Below are positions 14,014 to 28,065 of a stretch of 64,000 nucleotides of DNA, piece after piece. The position numbers and the translations under genes were made by a program. Source of the DNA: Podarcis liolepis. Taxonomy: Eukaryota. The stretch's first letter is position 1; each line of letters opens with the position of its first letter. Under the pieces are notes generated by a model, which ran no database searches, was not told the origin of the DNA, and saw only the letters and a program-made list of their open reading frames with translations. The stretch lies in assembly GCA_965112155.1 (NCBI GenBank), contig OZ218106.1, one strand, 5' to 3'.

Positions 14014-15083
14014 GGCTAGGTGGACCCCTTCCGACTCAACAATGTGGATCCTGCCATCTGAGGCAGTCGCCTTACCTGCAGCCAACTGAGTGGGACTTCA
14101 GAATTAACAGTCTTAGGATTAATAGAGAAGGTGATCTACTGTAATGGGGAAACAGAAGTGTGACAAAGGAGCAGTGCTCAAATCTTAATCGTGGGTGTAA
14201 GCATATATATAAAAAAGGAAGATACCTTTGTTTATAGAAGAGCACGTTTTCTACTGGTTGTGAATCCATCTCTTGTTGGAAAAAAGGATAATTTGGGCAT
14301 TATAGGGCCAAAGCTGATGTGCTTTCAAGCGTATTCACATTAAGAGAGAAAAGTACTTCTAGGGGACAATTCTAGATCCAGGTGATCTCAGTGGCTAGGA
14401 GTACATTTTATCAGGTACAGCTAGTAAGAGATCTGAGGACATTCCTAAACTGAGATAGCTTGACCACAGTTGTCCATGCATTGATGACCTCACAACTGAA
14501 TGGCCGTGATTCACTCTGTGTGGGGCTACCCTTGAGCTTGCACAGAATGCAATGGCTAGGTTGCTTGTGAGGCAAACTACCACCTGCACATAACACCTAG
14601 TCTGTGGAATCTGCTCTGGCTGTCAATCTGCTACTGGGCTAAATTCAAGGTTTTGGTACTAATATATAAGGCCCAATGCAGCCAAGGTCCTATTTCCTTG
14701 TGGGATTGCCTTTTCTCTTATATTCCCAGTAGATCAATGCCTTCTGCAAACAGTTTCTCCTTAAGAGTCCCCAAAGTATCAGAAGCTCTCGCCATAACAT
14801 AGAGTAAGACATTTAGTGTGGCTGCTTCTGTTTTGTGGAATAGCATCCCTGTTGAGATGCAATAGGTGCCCACTAACTTTCTGGAAACAAGTGAAGGCAT
14901 TTTTGCTCCAACAGATTTTTCTAGCTGGATCAAAACACCACTTGCCTTAGGTTTAAAAACAATACAGAATGAATGTCTTTCTATAGTTTTGTTTTGCACT
15001 GTATTTAAAGCTGTTTATAGCTGTTTTTATAGTATGTTTGTAAATTGTAAAAAGCGATTCATAAATTAAATGAACAAATAAGA

Positions 15084-15127
<44 letters not shown>

Positions 15128-15365
15128 GTGTTACCTAGCAGAATTTCTCTCTGTATCCTCTGTGCAGTTTTGTTTCGAAGTGTGTGTATATTCTGAGCCA
15201 GAGGCTGATTTGCAAAAGTTTTTCTGTATTTACATTCAGACGGAGACGGGGGGACACAAAAGTTGCTGACATAGAGCAGCTGTTCTTTGGCATTTATGCT
15301 TTAGCGTATGTATATTTGTTGAAGGTGTGGCACAGCCTCTGTGTGATGGTTCACCTGTAACTATC

Positions 15366-15557
15366 AGGGATGGGCCATGACTCAGTGGTAAAGCATATGG
15401 CATTGCATGCAAAATGTCCTCGCTTCAATCCTCAGCATCTCCAGTATGGTCGAGAGAGACTTCCTGTCTGCAACCTTGAAGAGCTGCTTCCAGCCAATAT
15501 AGACAGTACTGGCTATGTGGACAGTTGGTCTGACTCCGTATAAAGTAGCTTCCTACC
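15366..15557 (+). mobile_element. Old tRNA-derived SINE with LINE-derived tail
   Basis: A/B-box-like head (GACTCAGTGGTAAAGCA...TTCAATCC) and tail GGTCTGACTCCGTATAAAGTAGCTTCC. Relatives at about 1530-1690 and 43240-43480 (reverse). Confidence 0.6.
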
Positions 15558-15708
15558 TTGCTAATTCTTGCTGCTCCCATTGAGTGGAAAGCACCACCAG
15601 TTCTTAGAGCCCGTCCTTTCAGGAGCACACATAATGCATATACCAAGCAGTATATAAGCAACAAGGAGCCATTCATTAAGAAGGAAAACATTAGCAATTA
15701 TACTGGAG

Positions 15709-15900
15709 CATAGGAGCCAGCTCCTAGGGGCAGAGGTCCCTTCAGCTACCACAATAAAATATTTGAGGGGGCTGGACCCCCCAAAAGTTGATGGGCATTG
15801 CCATTCAATTGCTGTGTGCGCGCCACGTCATGGGATCGATTGTGTGGGGTGTGGCTTACCTAACCTCCTACCCAATATTTTGTTCAGGTTGGCACCCCTG
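15709..15900. mobile_element. hAT-type MITE
   Basis: Imperfect TIRs (CATAGGAGCCAGC / GTTGGCACCCCTG); 8-bp TSD with one mismatch (TACTGGAG / TATTGGAG). Confidence 0.65.
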
Positions 15901-15926
15901 TATTGGAGAGTGAGAGACAGGAAATA

Positions 15927-16153
15927 CAGTGGTACTTCCAATTACATATGCTTCAGGTTACACACTCCGCTAACCCAGAAATAGTGCTTCAGGTTAAGAA
16001 CTTTGCTTCAGGATAAGAACAGAAATCGGGCTCTGGCGGTGCGGCAGCAGCAGGAGGCCCCCATTAGCTAAAGTGGTGCTTCAGGTTAAGAACAGTTTCT
16101 GCTTAAGTACAGACCTCCGGAACGAATTAAGTACTTAACCTGAGGTACCACTG
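15927..16153. mobile_element. Tc1/mariner-type MITE (CAGTGGTACCTC family)
   Basis: TA-flanked TIRs; repeated TTCAGGTTAAGAAC units; homologous to 29916-30146 and 32080-32321. Confidence 0.85.
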
Positions 16154-16502
16154 TAAAGGTGTAGACAGCAGTGCAAGCCTATGCATGTCTACTCAGTGAG
16201 GCTTACATGCAAGTGGCTGGGTAATAGAGTGGCAGCTTAAAGGCAGCAACCATCAAAACTTAAAACAGCTTAACTGCCCGAACAAACAATAGAAGCAAAG
16301 GATTCTGGTTGCTTGCCTCAGGGAAGATATCCATTTCTTACCATTTTTGGTCCTCCAAATTATGTTATCTGCGTTTTATACAGTCCTATATTTTGTCATT
16401 CACTTGCTTCAGATAAGTAGCAAGTGTTTGTTGGGTGAGCATCCACTAACTGCTCCTGTCCATGCATGGCTTGGGGGCACTCATTCAATTTATCTCCTAG
16501 TC

Positions 16503-16968
16503 CAGGGGTCTGCAACCTTTAAGACAAAAAGAGCCACTTGGACCCGTTTCCGAAGAAAGAAAGAAAAAACTGGGAGCCGCAAAACTCGTCATTATAAAAA
16601 TAACTTTTTTCCTCACTTTTTTTTATTATTTCTTTGTTTGACCCCTCAGAATTCTCCTCATAGAAATAAACGTTAAATTAACAAGTTACCTTTTTTTGTG
16701 TGTGTGTTCTTCACTCCCCTTCAAAACAGTGACCAGCATACATGCCCCTTACAATGTAGCGGGCGGGCAGGAAGGTGACGTCGGGATGGTGCGTGACTAA
16801 TGCACGCACCGCCCCCATGCGACGTCACAGCCAGTACAGCGCCCACCACAGTGGGGAGTGTCGGGGCGCACAATGCGCCTCCTCCCCTCGCTAGTATCCG
16901 CCCCGGAGCCACGGCAAAGGTGTAAAAGAGCCACATGCGGCTCCGGAGCCGCGGGTTGCAGACCCCTG
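16503..16968. mobile_element. Short copy of the same hAT family (466 bp)
   Basis: Same TIRs and subterminal sequence as 12376-14013; exact 8-bp TSD TCCTAGTC. Confidence 0.92.
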
Positions 16969-18026
16969 TCCTAGTCTTAGAGTTTGCCAGCCTTTTATGG
17001 CTAGAAGAGAATGCTGTGCTCTTTGAACTGGTAACTTGAGTTCACAGTTGCTCTTTCCTCCTCACAGATCAGCACTTCTCTGAGACTAGAAAAGGAAGAG
17101 ACAGGTCTGCTCTGCTAAGTCATCACAGTTGCAGGAGAGGGGGATAACAGGCAGTCTATACAAGTCTCTTAAAAAAGACTGCTTTTCACATAGCTATTTT
17201 TCAAACAATCAAAAGTGGTATACAGCCAGAATCAGAAAAGAATTAGCTTTAGGGTAATGACTAATTTAATAATTCTATAAAACCATTAGTGGCAAATAGA
17301 ACGCTCTGCTACTGAAAGCCTTGACCTGACTGGATTCTGAAACATCTGCCATTCCTTGGGGAAAGGGCACACCTATTATAAACTAAAGACAACTTAATCT
17401 CTTGTGATTTATTCTGTTTCATTATGTATGAGTTCCTGCTGAATAAGATTGCTCCCAGACTTAGGAAAATATATATGATCCTCTTCTGTACTTTACCTGA
17501 AAGTCAGTGGGCTTATTTCAATGTTAAATAAATCTCTGCTAATAAAGCATATCATAAAATACTCTCTTAGAACATGTATGTGTTGCCATTTCTTCATTGT
17601 CCTTCAGATCCTCCCTCAATATCCATTTCTGTAAAGCCTCTGGCTTAATTTCTTAATCTCCATTTTCAAACATCATCAAAATTTAGGTAGTGCATTTTCT
17701 CACATTCATCCCTGGTCCTTTGTGTCTCTTGCCGTAAGCTCCCCAACTCCTTTTGTTCCCCACATTGTCTTTTTTTTACATTGTAAGCCCCCCTGGGGGA
17801 AAAGACCTTTCCATTTTTGCCAATGAAACTCTGCAAGGCTCCATAGATACTGATAGCACAGTATAAACTCTGATCCTCCAAGCCCCAGTACTGTACTTCA
17901 TTATTATTTTTATTTGTTTGTTTTCCCTTCAGTCTTTTTCCTTTATCAAAAGATGTGATAAACCATGATGGTATCCGTGCCACATTCACTGTATTGCACA
18001 AGTCGCACTTGTTCAAAGCTGTTTTA

Positions 18027-18080
<54 letters not shown>

Positions 18081-20394
18081 CTTTCTATATACTGTATAAC
18101 AAAAATGCAAGGCAGTCACCACACAGCCCCTGTTGCATGATACAGTATGTAGCGCCACACTGTAATCCTGGATTTGCATGAAATCAGAGTGCAGCCCCCA
18201 TTGGAGAATTTATAGTGCCTCATCACAGTCCTGATTTGCATGGTCAAGGTGGGGCAGGGGAGCAAAAGAGAAGGCAGGAATAGAGAAAAACAAAGGGGGG
18301 GGGAATGCCGGTTTTGAACAATAGCAGAGGTTTGAGAAGTGTGATGGAAGGGTGACGCTAGGATGGAGAAGTGGCCATATAAACAAGGTTTGAGTACAAC
18401 AACAAGGGAGTTGGGAAAGGCTGTGTTAGCGTTGTAGTGTTAACTTCTGTGTTGTAACGATCTCTGCTACTTTTCCTTGATAAAACTGGTGTGTTTGTTT
18501 TTAAAAATGGCCCCTCAGTGTTGCTCCATCCTTGATTTTCTCAAACTTCTGCTGTTGTTTGAGTACGGTGAGAAGGAAGGAACAGTGAAAGAAAACGTTT
18601 GACTCTTTTAAACTTCTCCATTCCACAGCTTCCTCATGTGTGAAAGAGAAAAAATTCAGAGGCCTCAAATATCATATTATCATCCTGTAATGATATCACT
18701 CCAGGGCTGCAAAAAAAGGAGAAATTGTCAACTAACTGGCAAAGCACTTTACGTAGCTGTAGAGCTGTGTTCGGTTTGGTCAAGCTATGGAAGGATGTTG
18801 TTTTAAATATCTTCAAGCAGATGGTACAAACAAAATTTATTGAATATTATTAAAAATCCTTGTTTCATTAGCTAATTGGTTTAAACTGTTATTCTGCTAA
18901 AATATATCTGTTGATAGGCCTAATGAAAGTCCACTGTGGCTGGCAGAAGTGATGTGTAAAGGTTTCCTTCACTGGTGATCTGAAGTCCTTGACCTTTTAA
19001 TTCACATCTCTCTGAAGTATGCTGGCTCCTTATCCACATGACCTACCTTACGATCAAATAAGTACACAGTTAAATGATTTTCACGAACCCACCGAGGTTT
19101 TTAAGCCATACGGCAGTGGATGTCAACTGATTATGCGTTTAGACAGCAGAGATTTCAGAATAAAGGAAAGCAGCTCACAAGATAAAGAGAGCTTAAATGA
19201 AAAGAAGAGGTGGTGGTAAATAATTTAACTTGGAAAGAACAAAGATAGTCAAAAGGAACAAGATAAAGAGAGATATTAATTATGAATAGAGAAGTTGAGG
19301 AAGAAATCTAGAAATGTATGGGAGACAGGTTACAACCCATTTTTATTTCTCACAAGCACTTAATGGCATAAGTTCAGTCCCCCCCCCCCAGCCACTGAAA
19401 GGAATTGCTATTGTGTTCACACTTGCCTAAAGTAAAAATCTATGCTATATTAGGGAAATGTAACGGCAGGAATGTGGGCATACTTGAAGGTCTGCCTCTG
19501 TATGTATCTACCAATGCATTAAGATCTTCAGTGAACTCCTATGGGTGTCTCACCATTTGAAGAGGTGTAGGTAGATACCGGGACATCTCAGGGGTGGTAC
19601 CACAGCTGTGGAACGCTCTCTGACATCTCTGTTGTTGACATTTTGATGCCCATCACAAACCCTTTTAAAACAAATCCTGAACTTTTAAAATACTTTAATC
19701 CTGCTGGCTCTTTTTATATCACTTTTATGATTTAGTGACTTTTTGTCTTCCATTTGTTTTATATTTGCTTTTGGAAGAAGTCCCATGGTGTTCAATGGGG
19801 ATTATTCCCTAGTAAGTGTATTTAGGATTACAGGCTCAGTCACCCTGCAGTTAGTTCACAGATGTTGGTCTGAAATAGAGTTCCTCATCTACCGCTTGAG
19901 TAGCCTGGAGGTATACAGCGAAGAGAAGCAACCTTCTTTTTCAACTATTTCCAGATCTTAATCTTTTGCAACAAAAAAACCAGCAAATAGTCTTGTGGCA
20001 CCTGAAAATCTAACAGATTGATTATGTTGAAACTTTCCTGGAGGAGAGTTCACTTCATCTGCCACACCCTTCTTTTGTTACCATGAGTAGAATGGGGGGG
20101 GGGTGATCCTCAGAATTGAGTAAGCCCCACTGAATTCCCAGGTAAGTGGGTATTTAGGTGTGTCAGAAGAGCTAGTGGAAGAATTATTAACAGTGGAGGT
20201 GGGTGGGATGGTTCTAACTGCTGGAGTTGGGGGAGCGTTGGTTGTGAAAGTCAGAGACTGATGGACAGTGCAAAAAGAGAATTTAAACATATATATATTT
20301 AGTAGTATTTATATGCTGCTTAATCACCAAAAACAGAAACGATTTGCATGTCATGAAAGCCTTTGACTGGGCTTAACTGTCCAGGGTGTCATTT

Positions 20395-20463
20395 TGTTGT
20401 TGTTTAGTCGTTTAGTCGTGTCCGACTCTTCGTGACCCCATGGACCAGAGCACGCCAGGCACG
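20395..20463 (-). mobile_element. Severely 5'-truncated RTE/BovB-like LINE 3' end
   Basis: Minus strand ends ...GAGTCGGACACGACTAAACGACTAAACAACAACAA; 14-bp TSD CCAGGGTGTCATTT. Confidence 0.8.
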
Positions 20464-22835
20464 CCAGGGTGTCATTTACCTACTAATTTTACCTATATGT
20501 ATAAAGAATTCGAATGGCTGCTATGAATTTAGTATAGTTACGTTAGCTCAGAAATCTAGATCCCTTACTTCTTACAATGCTCCCACCACCACATGTAGAT
20601 ATAACTCTGAAAACGCCCAGTGTATCAGATTAAGTGGATGAAGTAGTCCATAGAATCATAGAATCACTGAACTGTAGATTTGGAAGGGACTCCGAGGGTC
20701 ATCTAGTCCAACCCCCTGAAATGCAGAAATATAATCTTTAAGGCACCACAGAACTCTCTGTGGTGATTACCTTTATTGTAAATGTGTGCATCCTTTCACC
20801 TGTCCAATGTGTCAGTTTGTGGTGTTAGTGCCACATACACGCCACCTGAAGCACTTAAAAAATGGCACAGCAGGAGGTTGTTGTCAGAATGGGAACTATC
20901 CTGTTTTTCTTGTTATTCCTACATACAGATAGTGGTATATAATTGAGCTTTGAAGGCATCTCCTCTCTGGGAGTGTTTGTGAGCTTTCCTCCTAGGAACG
21001 ATGAAGAATTTTTCTTCAGAACAGATCAGATGTAAAAGCAAATCCCAACTGAGCGACATTTCTCACATTAAATTTCAACGAATGACATATGCGCACCCTT
21101 GGGAGTCACTCCCATGTTTGAGACTTACATGCAAATATAACATGAGAATTAAAATATCCTTCCCCAAATGAGAGAGAAGATTCTAGAATGCAAAGTCTTA
21201 TGGAAATGGTTTTGTTACTTTAAGCGGCCCCTCCAGACTGGTGTTTTATTGTGGAAATGGTATATAAATTTATAAAGCTGGGCCAAATATTCGCGCGCGC
21301 CCCACTCATTTTTGCAGTGGTATTCTTTTGATGACAAATTTGGAAAAATCCGGAGATTTGGGGACAAGGCTTACAATTTTCAGGGAAAGGGGTTTTCTAT
21401 TCCAAACAATGGGTTCCTGTACTCCCCCCCCCCCCACAAGGTGGATCTTCCTGAGCAGCTGTCTTCTGTCAGGCAGGGAATGTACAGAGTGAGGACTTAA
21501 CTCTTTATTGCCTAAAGTACACTCTCAAGTTAGGAAAAGGCATGTCCATCGGTCCTCCATCTCTCAGCTACTCCTAGGTATGCACCTGATGAGGCAGTAG
21601 CTACCACAAAAGAGAGACCCAGCCCCTGCCCTGACCTCACCTTATGTATCTCCCCTATCTGAGCTGCATGCAAGCAGGCACAGACCCTGCCTGCATGTAA
21701 CCTGCTTCTGCTCCTCTCTCTTCAATGTTCTCCTCCTGCACCTGTTCATCCCTCTCCAGTCCTGCAGCTTCTCCTGCCTCTGTCTCTTGCCTCCGGGCTG
21801 CTACAGGTTCTCCCAGTTCACTGATCCCTTCTTCTTCCCAGTCAGTCCCAACCCCTCTTCTCCCTGTGCCCAGTTACCAGGCTCCAGCCACCACTCCTCA
21901 ATGTGCAGCCAGTCCCAGTGCAGCAGCGTTCCTTTACTTTCCAAAAGCCCCCATGAGAACAATGCTAGGTTGTGATCTAGCATCATTCCTAGAGGCAGAC
22001 TTGGAAAAATAGCTCTCCTAATTGGTCCTCCACAGTTTTGTCCTGTGAAAGAAACACAGTACTTCTTGTGGTGCTTTGTAGAGTTGCAGTCCTACCAAAA
22101 TTGCCCAAGTGGCCATTGCAGAAGGGGCATCCAAGCTATTTACATCATGTAGGAGTTTAGCTAAATGACACAGCAATAGGAGAACAAACCATATTTCGGT
22201 TAAAACCAGTGCCTCAAATTACAAGAAACAGAAACAAATAATTTGATTGAGGGATGCAGCCATCAGTTTGAACTCAGTTCTGTCAGTTAGAACATCTCCT
22301 CACATCATACTGTTGCTAAGATGATAAAAAACGCTTCCAGGTATTATAATCCAAGTCATCAGGAAGGCTTCCTTCTCCAATGCAGAGTACACAACCATCT
22401 TTTGTTTATTTAGAAAGATTCGTGGGCCACTGAAGCTTAAAACTCTCCAATACAATTATAGTTGAAAAAAGCTAAAATCCGCAAAACTGTTTGAAAGATC
22501 AATATAACTTTCAAAAATAAATATTTTTACTTCAAATGGCTTGCCACAATCTCCGATCAAGTTTCAAACAGGATCAATCACAAGCAGGGTAGAGCAAAGG
22601 GACTATTTGGCCTGGGACCTCAACCACAAACCGGGCCCCAAATTTAGACACCTGGTTAATTTTTTGGCATTTGATAAGTTTCACCGCTTGCTAATCGGAC
22701 CAAAATGAGACACACATTCATGCCTCAGAGCTACAAGTTTGAACAAATCAAATAAGTGATTGGGTAAAATTATTTTGTTGTTATTAATTGATGTAGATTT
22801 TGTCATATTAAAGAGTTAAATGTTTTTCATAAATA

Positions 22836-23046
22836 CAGTCATACCTCTTGTTGCGTTTGCTTCATGTTGTGGCTTTTCAGGTTGTGAATGTGGCAAACCC
22901 GGAAGTGTATACTCCATGCTTCGCACATGTGCAGAAGTGCTCTATCACGCTCCGCGCTTCTGCAGAAGCGCTGTTCTAGTTGCAGACTTTTCAGGGTGTG
23001 AATGGCACCCCGGAATGGATGGTGTCTGCAACTAGAGGTACCACTG
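22836..23046. mobile_element. Tc1/mariner-type MITE
   Basis: TA-CAGTCATACCTCTTGTTGC ... GCAACTAGAGGTACCACTG-TA. Confidence 0.8.
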
Positions 23047-24821
23047 TATTACAAAAAATGCAAAGGTTCTGAATGTACAATATCAGATGAACCATGATGG
23101 ATGTACCCTATCAGATCAGCTGATTATATAAACAAACTACTAGTATTTAATTTTTTATGATGTTGTCATTTTAAAAATTATTACTATAGCTAAGAGCCTT
23201 AAAGGCTGGAAGTTAGCTGGGCCTCTCTGGACCTCTTCAAAACATCTCTCCTCAGAAAACTATTTGTTTCTTTTTAATTCCATATCACCTTTTTTTTTAA
23301 GAACACGTGTGTCTCAAAATGTGTTCAATAATACCTGAAAAAAATTAGTTCCATCTTTGGACTTTTAAAAAACAGACATAATAATAAAAAACTTTTAGAT
23401 TGCATTTCGATATAAATTTAGACTTGCTTCCTGTCCAGCAGATATCCAAGCACATTACAAGTTCTATGTGAATCCTACAGCAATAATCACATTTTCTATA
23501 CAGGATCCCTTGTGGACTCTATATTAATGTTTGGCTGGCAATTTAACAGCACCTCTAGGCATAAACAAAAGTTTATTAACACAGTAAGTAAAAATTTCCT
23601 GAAGTCTGGCCTGCATTTTTAATTTTCAAATCAACACTCCAACAATGTGGATAACTTTATGCAAATATTTTTTAAAAATACTAATTTGGCAACTCTTAAG
23701 TATCATACTTTTATGCAAGTTACGTAGAGCAAAGCCTTGAGCAATGAACTTCTTTATTTGTGTTTGCAAGCCTGCTCTTTTTTGAAAACCATTAAGAATA
23801 ATAAAGAAAAACATTTTCTGTTTTGATTGAATAGTGAACATCTTGTAGGAATAAGAAAAAGGAAAAATATTAAGAGTTTTAATAAATGCTTCTTGAGAAG
23901 TCGTCACTCTGGTGACTGAGGGGAAGTAGCATGATCTCTTAATGGCATCACTGGCCTTTGATCACCATCTGGCAGATGGACATATTACCAGTTTTTAATT
24001 GCCTTGATCACGTTGGCTCTTGCTTTTTTTACTTTTTGCCTCAATGCTAAGTAATAGTCAATTTCAAAATTTGACTGTAAATTTACATGTGGAAATAGCC
24101 TGTACGTATGGGTGAAATGCCAAACGCTGTAGTCAGGAATGTGTGCAATCTGGGGAAAAAACCTTGATTTCTTGCACAAAGTAACCCAAATTCTGGGCCA
24201 AGGCAAGCTCATTCTTGCAAATATTGCAATAAGCATCTGACACTTTTGTGCCATGACACTATATATTACAGTTACCTAGAGCATGCCTTTCAGGATACAA
24301 ATCCTTCCAAGGCAGTTTACAAATAATATTATAATCTAACTTTTTAAAAGCTACCAATGAATGGAATGTAATTGGCATGTTTCTGACAAGGTAGTTGGTG
24401 GCAGAATAACCCTAGGAGGGGGAAAGGATAGTCCAGTTGGAGCAGGCTCTGACGTGATATTTAGCTGCACTCAGTGCTGTTTTTCTAGAAAAAGATTGCC
24501 AGACCTCACCATGAATACCTCCCTTTTTCTCTTATAATGACAATGATGCCCACCTGAGATGTGCCAGAACTGGGTTCCAGCAAGTTCTGGCTGAAAATAA
24601 GCCCTGGAATCCTTCACAGAGTTAGTTGAAGGTAGATGGCCATAGCAGCGGGGGGAGGGGGGAGTCCAAGTGAAGCAGGAATCTGGGGATCTTTTCACAG
24701 GGAAGTTGATGGTACATCACTCTCTCTGTGTTTGGGACTGGGGAGTCCAGGATGAGCAGGTCCTGAGGTAGTCTTTGCCTACATTTTTCTCCTGGAATAC
24801 TTCCCACGAGCGACAATACTA

Positions 24822-25248
24822 CAGTTGTACCTTGGTTTTTGAACAGCTTAGTTCTCAGATGTTTTGGCTCCTGATGCCGCAAACCTGGAAGTGACTGTTC
24901 CAGTTTGCAAACTATTTTTGGAAGCCAAATGTCTGAAGGGGCTTCCGCGGCTTCCAATTGGCTACAGGAGCTTCCACGCTTTGGTTTCCGAATGTTTTGG
25001 AAGTCGAATGGACTTCCGGAACGGATTCCATTTGACTGATAGCTGTCAACTTTCAGATTTGAAAATAAGGGATCAGCAGCCTCGAAAATAAGGGATCAGC
25101 AGCCCCACCTGTCCTGGGGACAGTCTACGGGATATCTAACAATCCGGGATAGAAGCAGGAAGAAGCGGGAAACAGTGCTGGAATAAGGGAATTTCCCGCA
25201 AAAAAAGGGAAGGTTGACAGCTATGATTTGACTTCTAAGGTACGACTG
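24822..25248. mobile_element. Tc1/mariner(pogo)-type MITE, host of the nested element
   Basis: TA-flanked; TIR CAGTTGTACCTT / AAGGTACGACTG. Confidence 0.85.
25038..25225. mobile_element. hAT-type MITE nested inside a Tc1/mariner-type MITE
   Basis: TIR ATAGCTGTCAAC / GTTGACAGCTAT; exact 8-bp TSD ATTTGACT. Confidence 0.88.
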
Positions 25249-25916
25249 TATGGGTGTTTGAAGGGGATGAGAAAATCACCATTAGAGGAGCAGAGAAGCA
25301 TGTTTCACACTCTACATTTTTATCGTACAAAACCTCTATTGACAGGCTATGAGGCGATTACCGATACTTGCTGTTCCCAGTGGAACCCACTAAAACATAT
25401 CATCAGTGGTGTACAAACTATTCTGGACAATGATGTTTCCCTCTCACTGGCCTTTGATGGTGGGCCTACTTACTTGGGGGTAGGGATGGGTGGCAGCCTG
25501 GGAGAGAGCATCTCTGTGGAAGCTCCTAATTTGTGGAATTCCCTCCCAATAGACATGCGTCTACAAGGCACCTTCATCTGCCCACTTGCAATAAGACTTA
25601 TGTCTCCCATATTGGTCTCTATGGCCACAGCAAGCACTGTAACTCTACAACGGTTTGACTTTACCACCGAAGGCGCACTCCTCCATTGTCTCCCAAGGCA
25701 GATGGATGCCAACTCAACCCAGGACGTGCATTCACTATACAGCTTTCAGGTGAATGCTTAAAACACCCAAAATTGTGGCCTTTGACACAGGAGATGTGTG
25801 TTTTCAGGTCCCACCCTATACTATTGACTGTAATTTGTATTAACTATTTTTAATGTGTATTTTAAAAGGGTTGTAACCCACCATAAGACCAACTGGTGAA
25901 GAGTAGCTAATAAATA

Positions 25917-26167
25917 CAGTCATACCTTGGAAGTCAAATGGAATCCATTCCGGAAGTCTGTTTGACTTCCAAAATGTTCAAAAACCAAATCATGGCTTCT
26001 GAATGGCTGCAGGAAGCTCCTGTAGCCAATCAGAAGCCTTGGAAGCCCTGTTGGATGTTTGGGTTCCAAAAGAATGTTCACAAACCAGAACAATCACTTC
26101 CAGGTTTGCAGCATTGAGGAGCCAAAATGTCCGAGTTCCAGGGCGTTCAAGACCCAAGGTACGACTG
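25917..26167. mobile_element. Tc1/mariner-type MITE, same family as 24822-25248 in opposite orientation
   Basis: TA-flanked; CAGTCATACCTTGG / CCAAGGTACGACTG; internal sequence is the reverse complement of the neighbouring copy. Confidence 0.85.
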
Positions 26168-28065
26168 TATAGCAAATCATCATCATCATTTTTAAATCTC
26201 TCCCAATGACAGAGTACATTTTACAAGCCAAATATTTGCTGCAGATGTATAGTTAAGCTTAGATGGGTGCTTGTAGGAGTGTGATTTGCATCCTTGTGAA
26301 TGCAAAGAGATATTACAACTAGTAATATCTATAACTAGTAATCAGGTAATGTCTGAATAGGAAGGTAGCTCATCAGAATTTTGAATAACCGTTCTTTAAA
26401 ATTCCCTGAAGATGTCTCTCGTGTTTACCTCATGGTGTTGTTGTTTTTTTGCTTCTGCTTCCAGCTCCTTTTGAGGGTTCCCATTTTTAAAAAGCCAGAT
26501 AATTGGGTGCAAAGGACTTCAGAAGTAGTATTGCCCAGTGCAGGCCTGAGGAAAGGGTTCTGTTCTAAATCCTTAACTTCCAATTCCTCCAATTTAGACA
26601 AAGGTGCACACAAGTATTGGAAGGTTGAGCCTGAAGTGGTGACATCTTTGCCTTGAAAAGCAGAGAAGATTTTTTTTTAAAAGGATATTGGTTCAGAGCC
26701 CACAAGCTTTGCATATTCATACTGCTCACAGTTGTTCAGCATTTGAAAATTCAGGTAATGAGCATACAATACTCTAGTTGCCTTTGTATTGCTTGGGGGT
26801 TTGCTGTTCTAGTAATGTCTCCACAGAAACCATCCTATCAAGTCAATTTTCCCCTTCAAATTGAATCAGTACTTGTACATTGAAGTTTTCAACATCACCC
26901 ATAAGGTTTTTAAGCCTTGTCAAATGAATCTGCATGGTCTCTAACCATGAATAAAAATGATTTCAGATATCATCTTTATTTCAAGTTTTATTTCATGGGA
27001 TTAATTTAATTGATTGTGCTGTTGGCTATGTTAAGTTGTTGCTGCAATAAAAACATTTTCCCGTTTCACAAAAATGCAGATTTATTCATCTTTTTGCATT
27101 TCTGAAGCCAACATTCGGCACCCAAAGCACCACCTTTTTATTTTTAAATGTTTTGTCACTTTTATAAATGACACACACTTTTTAATCACAAAGGGTTTCA
27201 GTCTTCAGTCTCCTATTATGGATGTATCTCCTTTTGTAGGAACAATATTCATTTTGGTCCTTTATACAAGAATTTGAAACAACTAATATTAGAGGTATAG
27301 CATGAGTGTGGTTTCATCATTCTGTGTGTACACACACAGCTGAGATTTCTCAGTACCATATCAAAAAGCCGTTGATAGAAGTCTGTGTTACCAAAGGAGA
27401 AAAAATGGTATCAAATAGTGCCAAAAAGTGGTGATTTACAAGAACCAAAGTGGCCTTTAAAGTGACTAAGCTCTAGGATCTAGACAAGCCATTTCCTTCC
27501 TCCATTTATGCTCTGGCTAGGATCCAAAGAACTGCTGTTCTGATTCCATGCTTTGGACTTGCTTTCTCCAAGAGCAGCCGCCAAGAGCAAGGAGCTTTCA
27601 TTTTTTTAAAAGGTAAGTCTCTAGCACTTTGTAGAACAAAAATTATGAAGCAGAAATCGGCAGACACCATGTGAAACAATTGCTTTTATGAGATATGAGC
27701 TTGCTCCCATCTTTCATTGTGTTTCTATCCAATGGGTGAAGTCACAGCTATGATTGATGAGTCAAGAAATTTGAAGTTATGCACAGAGAATATTGCAAAA
27801 AATGGCTTCAGAATGACCCAGGGAATCACTTCTCCAGACAATGCAGAGTTTGTAAGGCAGAGTTGGAAGGTCTGTTTTTTACTTCCTTGGTGGGTGTCTA
27901 TATTTTTTTCTCTTGACTCAGGCAGTGGAGAAGATACTGACTTTGTTTTGAAGGGAATTCCTGACTCACATAGAAGCTGCTTTTCCATTGTCTTTCCTAG
28001 TAAAGAAATGATTGCAGCCCAGAACAAATAATTTAGAAAGTGATGATTTTTAGTACAATTGTGAC

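Noticed and set aside
13326-14089. Cluster of overlapping 65-206 aa ORFs inside the hAT element
   Set aside because: GC-rich stop-poor sequence; no transposase or other motif recognised.
21400-22050. Possible old solo LTR or coding exon (pyrimidine-rich, reverse AATAAA)
   Set aside because: No clear termini, TSD or protein similarity could be established by eye.
25228-25761. 177-aa ORF
   Set aside because: Spans a MITE end and degenerate LINE-like sequence; no coherent domain.
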